From the human T2T-CHM13v2.0 reference genome, Homo sapiens: 64,000 nucleotides of DNA. Numbering within the stretch: position 1 is the stretch's first letter; each line of letters begins with the position of its first letter. The stretch lies in NCBI RefSeq assembly GCF_009914755.1, contig NC_060935.1; one strand, given 5' to 3'. The notes beneath the pieces were generated by a model, which saw only the letters and a list, made by a program, of their open reading frames with translations, was not told the DNA's origin and made no database searches. Below, piece by piece: positions 55,531-64,000 of this stretch. Made by a program: the position numbers and the translations under genes.

Positions 55531-56571
55531 GAGAGGGCTTGGGGGGGCTTGTGGGACTCAGTGGGGAGCCATGTTCTGCAGGTCAAGTAGGATTTAGCCG
55601 AGGGAAGCTGGAAATGGAAACCCACACTGTTCGTCCACCTTCTTGGGGAGATGTGGTACCTAAAGTTGGAACAACTGACTGCTTAGCGGACTTTAATCCA
55701 GCCACCAGCACTCTTTCCCAATTTAGACTCTTGAAATCTGTGCACAACGCCCTCTGTCTGAGAGACCTGTCCCTGGGGTCCAAGTCAAGGCTGCAGCAGA
55801 AGGCTGTCTCTGGGTGCATCTCAGGTGTGGGGCAGGGTCCCCCATCTGTCTCCCTTGCCGTGGAGGTGTGTTGGTGAGGTGCGACTGACGGATTCTGTGA
55901 AAAGTGACTGCACCCCAGTACTATACTAATTGTGCTAGACAGAGCTGTTTGAATACCACCAGACAGAATATTACTCAAATTAAAATGAGGCCTTAAATGT
56001 CATTATTTGTGTCATTATTAATAGCCCCTAATTGTGTTCTCTAATCATCATAAAATTATGTTAGTATTAATATTCACGTCAAAGCTGCCTAGGGAACTTG
56101 GAAGATTAAAAAAAAAGTTATGCCATATGTCAGTTCCCATGAATGTGAAGCAAGTGCTGGTTTTAGTGCGTTGGTTCAGGCTGGAGATGAGAGCATGGCC
56201 TGCAGTGGCCAGGGACTGGGGTAGCCCTCGTCTGCTGCTCCCCGAGTGACTGACTCCTGGACTCCTCCACCTGGCAAGACCCTTGAAGGCACCAGTGGGA
56301 GCTGTTCTCACAGGACACCCTGCAGGCCTCGGGCCAGCTGCTCTCACTGGTGAGGGGATTAGACAGTGTTTGGTTCCCTGGGATATGGTACTTTCCCTTC
56401 TCCTCTTCTCCAACTTTAAGACCTGCTTCTGTCTAGACACCATAATGAAAAGTATGTTGCAATCCTAGCTGGCCTCCCTCTCCAGCTACTGGCAGACTCC
56501 ACCCCAGTGTGTTTGGGAAACTGCCCAAACTATCCTCTGTTGCTTGGAGAAATGGTGTGAAAGAAATAGGG

Positions 56572-56911
<340 letters not shown>

Positions 56912-56950
56912 TCAGGAAATGTACTTAGAGACCCAGAATTAAAAAATATA

Positions 56951-57184
56951 TACAAGGTGTCCATAAAGTCCAGAAACAGGTGAATCTACCTATGTCTTCA
57001 AGGATAGCTTCTTACGATAAGGAATAATAAATAATATTTAATATTTAAAGGATATTTATATTTAATATTCAGATATTTATATTTAATATTTAGATATTTA
57101 TATTTAAATATTTATATTATGTTTAATATTTAAAGGATAATAAATAATATTATCCTTGTTTCCACCCTTTATGGATGACTTGTA
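56951..57184. mobile_element. MITE-like element: ~30-bp terminal inverted repeats around an AT-rich minisatellite
   Basis: TACAAGGTGTCCATAAAGTCCAGAAACAGG versus the reverse complement of the right end, TACAAGTCATCCATAAAGGGTGGAAACAAGG; TA at both termini. Confidence 0.6.
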
Positions 57185-58599
57185 CTTTGCCGATGCTAAC
57201 CTTGCCAGGCCTTCTTTGGGGCAAAACAGTGACCCCCACTATTTAGATGGGGCTCCATTCGGATGCTTGCTTTTCTTATTGGAGATGAGATGAGTGAGAG
57301 CCTCAGTTGGGGATGAGCTGAGTTACGCCTCCCCTCACATCACGTGGGACTTTGGTTCTGCATCCCCTCGGATTGACATGGGGTGTACGAGGTGGGGGGT
57401 GGGGGTAACAAGGCAGGTGGTGTCGCCAATTAGTGCTTCCCTCCCCTAGGGGATGTGTGAGGCGACTGCCTGGGACCCCCAGAGGCATCAGCCTCCTGCT
57501 GACATCACTCAGGGCTCCTCTTCATTGTTTCTCAACATTCCTTTAGGCTGCCTGCTCAGCACCTCAGCCCTCCACTAATGGAGTCCACGTGATCACGATG
57601 TGTCAGGCAAATCTGGGGCAACCGCCTCACTCTTCCCAGAGCCCTTGGAATTCTCTGGAACTGAGAATATTCAAATGCCTTTCTTGGTGAAACAGCAGGC
57701 TTCCAACCCCCCAAATATTATGACTTGAGTTAAATATAACACAGAGCATGAAAATAACGGCACAACACAGGAGCAGGGGTTCCGGGGAGCGAGCGGCTTG
57801 CGTACACACACAGCGTCTGTCACTCTGGGTGTGGCAGGGCGTTTGCAGACCCCACAGACACACAGGCAGAAAACCCACAAAATCACATAGAAGGCTTGGT
57901 GCATTCTGGGCTGGCAAGTTGCTACTTCAGCCTGGATGGGCCTTAAATCTGCTGGTTTCTGAATATATACACAGACATTTTTTTTTTTTTTCCTGATCAG
58001 ATGTGGTGTGGCTTAAAGGGTAGGAGGAGGAGCTCTCTTAACTGTGGTGGAGAAAGCCAGACGCCTGCTTTCTCAGTCATGCAGGGAGGATTGGGTAGGC
58101 CTAGGACACTTAAAGGCAGTGTCAGATGTGGCTCGGCCATGCCGATACTTACTTCCAAGCCCAGAGGGCAAACGACGTACCCTTCAGCCCCCAGATTGCC
58201 TTTTAAGATAATCTAGAAGAAGCAGCCTTGGCCTGCAGAGGGGAGGGTGGGTGGATCTGTGTTTGGGACCACAAGCCAGGTTCTGCAGTCTCCCGGCTTC
58301 CCGTGTAATCGCATGCATAAGTTTGTGGTGAAAACTCAATGGGTCACAGATAAGCAAAAGGTCTTCCGAAAGTCAGACGCTTGAATTCCAAACCCAGTGA
58401 TTACAGTAATTGTTGGCCTAGGGCTGGATTTGAACCAGTGAACCTAGAATAGCAGAGTTGAATAGGCCTCCTTTCAGAGCCATTCCACCACCAAGTTACC
58501 CGGCAACACAGCCACGTGGCTGCTCCTCTGCTCTTCGCTGTGGGCCAAACAGCAGATAGCTCAGGCCATTCTGAAAGAGCAGATATATTGGCGTCTTCC

Positions 58600-58850
58600 T
58601 TGTAATACTAATACCTTATACATGTAGGAGGATTTATAGCTTTCGTAGCATGCTTTTACTTAAGTGGCCTCCTTTGATCTTCATAATGTAAGTGGAGCAC
58701 ATATAATTATCCTCCACTTTACAGATGAGAAAATTGAGTCTCCGGACAGGTATCGGCCAAAGGCTATTGGCTTACAAGTGACAGAAGCAGAGTTGATCCC
58801 ACACCACCTGATTGCTAGTGCTTCATTCTGGATTGCCCACTCTTAGAAGG
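58600..58850 (-). mobile_element. MIR
   Basis: tttgatcttcataat...ccactttacagatgagaaaattgag. Confidence 0.7.
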
Positions 58851-60859
58851 TGCACCACTCTATCCCTCCACCGCCACTCAGGGCAGCTTGGAAATCTGGG
58901 AGAAGGCTAGCTAGGCCATGAATACTACAAAGGCAGCAGCAATATCACCAAGCTCCCTACCCTTCTTCAAATCTGTTCTTTTTTCCAGCCGTATCTCAGG
59001 CGTGCATGAGATGAAGTCCAGAGAAGTGCATGGGAGGTGAGAAGGGAAGGTGGTGAGAAAGATCTTACCCTCTCAGGGTCTCTGCTTTGTTCTCTGTGAT
59101 TGCTGCCTCAAAGACAAGTCAGCAGAAATATCCCCTGTTCTTCTTGAATCTGAAAACAAAACCATGAAAGTACTTCTCCCTTATCCCTCCCTCTCCAATC
59201 ACCCAATCTGAGGCACTTTATTTGAGAGGGGGCTTGGGTTGAGGAAGGGGGATTCCTATTTCACTCAGCTGCTGCTGTGAGGGTTTTAGAAACAGGTGAC
59301 AGTAAGACTGAGGATATCTGTCCTGGAGTCACACCTGGAGCTGTTGATCTTTCTCCTGCTTGAGGAACATAGACATAAAGCTGTTCTTGTGGAATTCACA
59401 CAAACACTTGATTTCCCCAGAACCCTCTTGCATCCTGAGACGCACTGCCCAGCTTCCCACCTCTGTGCCCCACAAACCTTCCTCTTCCCTGTCATCCGCT
59501 CTACAAAGCCCCTGCTAGAAGTTGACAAAGCTGACTGGCTGCTTAATGTGCTACAGGTGTTGTTGCTAGGCAACCACCCCACTCTGCAGCTCAGACTCTG
59601 TCAGCCCAAATGAAACCCCTGGTAGCACTTAACCCCGTAACTGCTTAACACAAACACTAATTACGCAGGCCCACCAAACAGCACATTTATAAGCCATAAT
59701 CAAGGGTCAGGAGGGCGCATTCTCAGCACCTTCATTCCTTCCACCTACACTTCCTACCACTGAGCCGTGGGTCAGGCTGTCACAGGCAGGATTTCGAGGC
59801 CTTTTGCCTGTAAGTGCTGGTTCCCTTTTTCCTGGCCATACCAGGTGGACACGGAATTGTAGTGCTGGTCCTCCCTCTGCACTGGACTGGATTCTGCCAA
59901 AGTCAACCAAGCGCCTTCAGTTGCTGACTCTCGTCTCCAGGTAAGAGGCTGCAGAGCCTGTTCCTGCATTTTTATTGATGTTTAGGCTAAGCCTCTTGGC
60001 CTAAAACCTCATAGTTATAGAAAATTTGTTTCTCTGATGTCTGTATTCGGTTGAGCTGGAGATGACCACCCATTTTTGACAATTCTCCTAACACTTGAGC
60101 GTTTTACATTTCTGTGGTTCGGCTCATTTCCCCAGATGGAATAACTCACATTCCTTTAGCTTGACCAGGAATTATAGGAACCTCTAGGCATGTAGATAGA
60201 TACTTTTGTAGATCAAACTCTAGTAGAATTGATCTGTTCTTGAGTTGGTCTCCCACTTCTAGACTGTGATCACATCACTAACTCATTGTAGGTACTCAAC
60301 AACTATTGGTGAATGCATGAACACAACCATATTTTAAATTTCCACTTCCTCAACCACAGAGTAAAGTCGACAAAGAAGAGAGAGACCATTAAGTAGCAGA
60401 GCAGACTCTCCTATCTCTTCTTGCTTCCTTTTTCTCATGAGATTAAACTGCATAAATCAGATTACAGGAGATCCTGACGAGGCACCAAGTCTTCTTTCTG
60501 CAAGTAGTCCTGATTGTAACAGGCAGATCTAGGCCTGCTGGGCCGCAGGTGTGGAGAGTCCCATCTGTTCCGGAAAGGCAGCTTCCCCCAGGCAGGCTGG
60601 GCACTTTCCCAGGATGCCAGAACACTGGATGGACTTTCAGGGGATCACTACCACCCTCTTTCCCAGCTGGAAAAACCAGTAAACCCTTGTCCTACTGGCA
60701 ATTGTTTAATTATTCAAGGGTGAAGGAGCAGAGAGATCTTGCTGTTTCTGAGTGTTTGGGCTCATTATTATTTAGCAACAAATATTTCAACCTCAGAACC
60801 CCACCTCAAAGTTAGTATCCCGCTCCCTGTGAATGAAATGTGCCCGGTACTGTCCTCCC

Positions 60860-61170
60860 CTTGTGCACATGTTATTGTTTAACCTTCACCAGGGCTCTCG
60901 CATATGGATGTAACCATCTCTGCCCTACATGTGAGAAACAGGTCCAAAGAGGCTAAATAACTCACTCAAGTTTGGACACCTAGTAAGTGGCAAAGCCGGC
61001 ATCCTGAAGCCTCCTTTTTCCTTCACTATGATACACTGCCTCTCAGGACATTGGAAAACTAGAGCCCAGAGAGGCTGAGTGACTTGCTTGAAATCCTGCT
61101 GACAGCGAGTGGTACGACAGAGATTTGAATCAGGACTGATCTGGCTCTAAAGTTCTTATCACGTTTTGTC
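60860..61170 (-). mobile_element. Two adjacent MIR fragments
   Basis: gagaaacaggtccaaagaggctaaataact...ctagtaagtggc and ggaaaactagagcccagagaggctgagtgacttgc. Confidence 0.7.
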
Positions 61171-61369
61171 TTCTATATCACAACACATTTTAGAGTTATT
61201 CCTCGTTTCTGTGTTGGATGGTGCCTCCTTAGAGGCGAAATCCGAGTGTCCAGCAGGCAGCCGTGGGTTCTAGGAAGCAGCGTAGACCGTGTCCTGAGCA
61301 GACTGTATTCTGAAGTGGCGGGCCTCCTTCCAGCTCTTCTCCACTTCCTTGAAAGGACCACATTGAGGG

Positions 61370-61481
61370 GGTGAGGAGAGAGAGAAAGAAAAGAAGGAGG
61401 AGGAGGAGGAGAAGGAAAAGAAAAGGGAGGGAGAGAAAGAAAGAGACAGACTGAGAGAGAGATAGTAAGGAAGAGAGAGGG

Positions 61482-61529
<48 letters not shown>

Positions 61530-61548
61530 GGAGAGAGGGAGAGAGAGA
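61370..61548. repeat. Compound GA-rich/(AC)21 microsatellite
   Basis: (AC)n at 61484-61526 inside a polypurine tract. Confidence 0.95.
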
Positions 61549-63763
61549 CTTCTTGTTCTGGCAGCCCCAGTGGCTCCCTGTTTCCCCCTCACATCTTGAG
61601 TCAGTAATGCCTTGGCTTTGGGCTAAGCCACTGTTGCCAGCTGGTGGCATTAAGAGTTGGGATTGCCAGCTTGGTCACAGGTGACAGGATTGCAAACATC
61701 ATCATGGCCCTGGCTCCTTCCCAGCAGACCCAATGGGTCGTAGTAAGCCCCAGTTGGGGAGGTAAATGGAGGTAAAAAGAGATTGTATTTTATGGGTCCA
61801 AGTGGGGAGGGGGCTGAAGGGCTCGCCCCATGAGTTTAACACTTTCATGCATGTGGTTTCTCCATAAAGTATTAATAATGTTCCTATAATTGATACTTCA
61901 GGGCAATAACCTCTGACAAAACGGCCCTGATTAGCAGATAATTGAGTGTGTTGGATTGTGTCCTGAGAGAGCTGAATGCCAGGCAAGGCCCATTAGCCTA
62001 TCATAATGACCCCTTTTGTCAGGTATTAGTGTCATTAAGAACCTGCTCTCTGAAATCAGTCCCTTTATTTAACTCTTTTCCCTAATTATATGGATCATTT
62101 TACAAATCAAAGCAAATGTTTGCATACAGCCCCCAGTCATGCAATGGACTGAGGTGCTGGAGGAGCAAGCTGGAGATTTCTGAGTGGAGAGTCCTGGGTC
62201 AGGAGGACACTCTTTGTCACTGGAAGTTTTCTGGAGGAGGCGGGCCCCTAGAAGTCCAGTCAGGGTTCCACAAGGCTATGGCGCACCCTGTCGGCTCAGG
62301 TGCCAGGGTGATGGAACGTCTGGATAGGAGGTGCCTTGCCAAGAGAGCTTGCAGGCCACACATAAGTCAATGCCTAAATTAATCTTGGCAAAACATGTGG
62401 CCCCTCGGACCAGCTGCTTAACACAGAGAGCACTAGGATTGAACAGGTTGGTACCAGCCACAGGGCACCTAGAAGATACAGACTCCTGAGCTAATCAACT
62501 GGGTTATGCCCAAAGGAGACTCACATCTCTGTCAGGAAGCAGGAGCCTCTGGGAATGGCTAGGGAGGAAAAGTAGGACCAGAATCCCCCGGATCTGGGAA
62601 GATATTGCTGCAGTGGACAGGTGTCCATGCTTAGAGCTGCCAGCTAGGTAAGCAGCCAGTGTGCCTGGGACTCTCGGGGACTTACAGCGTGATCAGCCCC
62701 CAGGCCACACACATGGAAGCTGACACAACAGGGAGCTCAAGGGACAGAAAGCCGCATTCTGACCTGCTCCCCCGGTCCTTCTCACTCATTAAAAAGTATA
62801 GACAGTTTCCCATTTATTTGAATCCAGTCACTGGCTGACACCTTTTCCACCCTCCCCAGCTCCATACAAAGCTTTTTATCCCAGAGCAGGTTCCATGTGG
62901 GTGAATCAGAAAGAGGTCTGAGTCTCCAGCATGAATTGCTTAGAGACAAGGGGCTGATAGCTTTTTGGCAGCTAAGAAGGATATATTTTTATATATACCA
63001 AAGATGAAGGTGAAAGGATATCACTTGTTACAGGGAAGGCTCAGAGGTTGCTGAGCTGCGGATAATTTACTTATTAGGCAAAGTGATGGGTAAATTTCCC
63101 GAGAGGAGCTATGACCTGTTGTGAGGCCTGGGCTGGTGTCTCTGGACCATATCTCCTCCTCTCCTCTCCCGTTTTTGCACAGCAAATGCTCCTTGAGTTT
63201 GCTTTCCCTTGTTGTAATCACAGAGGGGCTTGTGCTCTCATGATTTGCGTTGGGCCTGGTGAATTTCCTAGCATTGGCCTTGGGTGGAGAGCTGCCAGCC
63301 ATGCAGAGAAACTGCTGGGGTTTTTGCCGAGGAAGCAGAATTTTGGTGGTGGAGTGTGATATTCTCCTCTCAGAAATAATACCTTTCATTTAAGGTAAGA
63401 GAGGAGATTTGACATCCCATGAAAATATGATTTTAAGCCCTGTTCTGCTTGGGGTAGACTTTTTCTCTGGGGCCAAGTTGCTGAACCAGGGAATGCAAGC
63501 CCCTAAACTGACAATGAGGGGTGGTGGTCTGAGGTACACTACCTAAGACTCCTCTGGAAAGGGGGCTAGACATGGGGAAATCCTGCTTTCTTGCTGTAGC
63601 TCTCCCCGGGGACCAGTTCTGCTCAAACCCCAAGGAATGCTGCTCCCAGGAAACAAAGAATGTGCACTTCACCTTTCTGAATACTGGGAACACAGTGATA
63701 CTATGGACGACTAGACAAAAAAGCTAATAAATATTCTATGTTATGCTAATTTCTAAGTAGTAA

Positions 63764-64000
<237 letters not shown>

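Noticed and set aside
61173-61650. CVCVCV-containing ORFs
   Set aside because: Translation of the (AC)n/GA microsatellite.

Overview
Hominoid, most likely human, non-coding genomic DNA, judged from AluJ/S/Y elements and an ERV9-type LTR12. I found no credible protein-coding exon. The ORF track is explained by Alu/LTR read-through, microsatellites and GC-rich CpG-island shadow ORFs. The window holds about 24 Alu elements, many MIR/L2 and CR1(L3)-like relics, and L1M fragments. It also has three well-defined solo LTRs (LTR12 with ATAC TSD, THE1 with CCATG TSD, MST), DNA-transposon relics (Tigger1-type, MER5A, a TA-flanked MITE-like inverted repeat) and a polyadenylated U13 snoRNA retrocopy inserted into a MIR. 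Between the repeats lie two orphan CpG-rich segments (about 28.8-29.55 kb and 42.25-43.87 kb) and a series of repeat-free, AT-rich blocks dense in homeodomain, POU-octamer, PBX/MEIS and bHLH motifs. My inference is that this is part of a long-range enhancer landscape (gene desert or very long intron) of a developmental regulator lying outside the window. The most unusual observations are an ~80-bp local duplication of a homeodomain-site block 1.1 kb apart and two oppositely oriented homotypic octamer clusters that resemble each other. Repeat-family calls come from remembered consensus sequences, not a search, and the locus was not identified.
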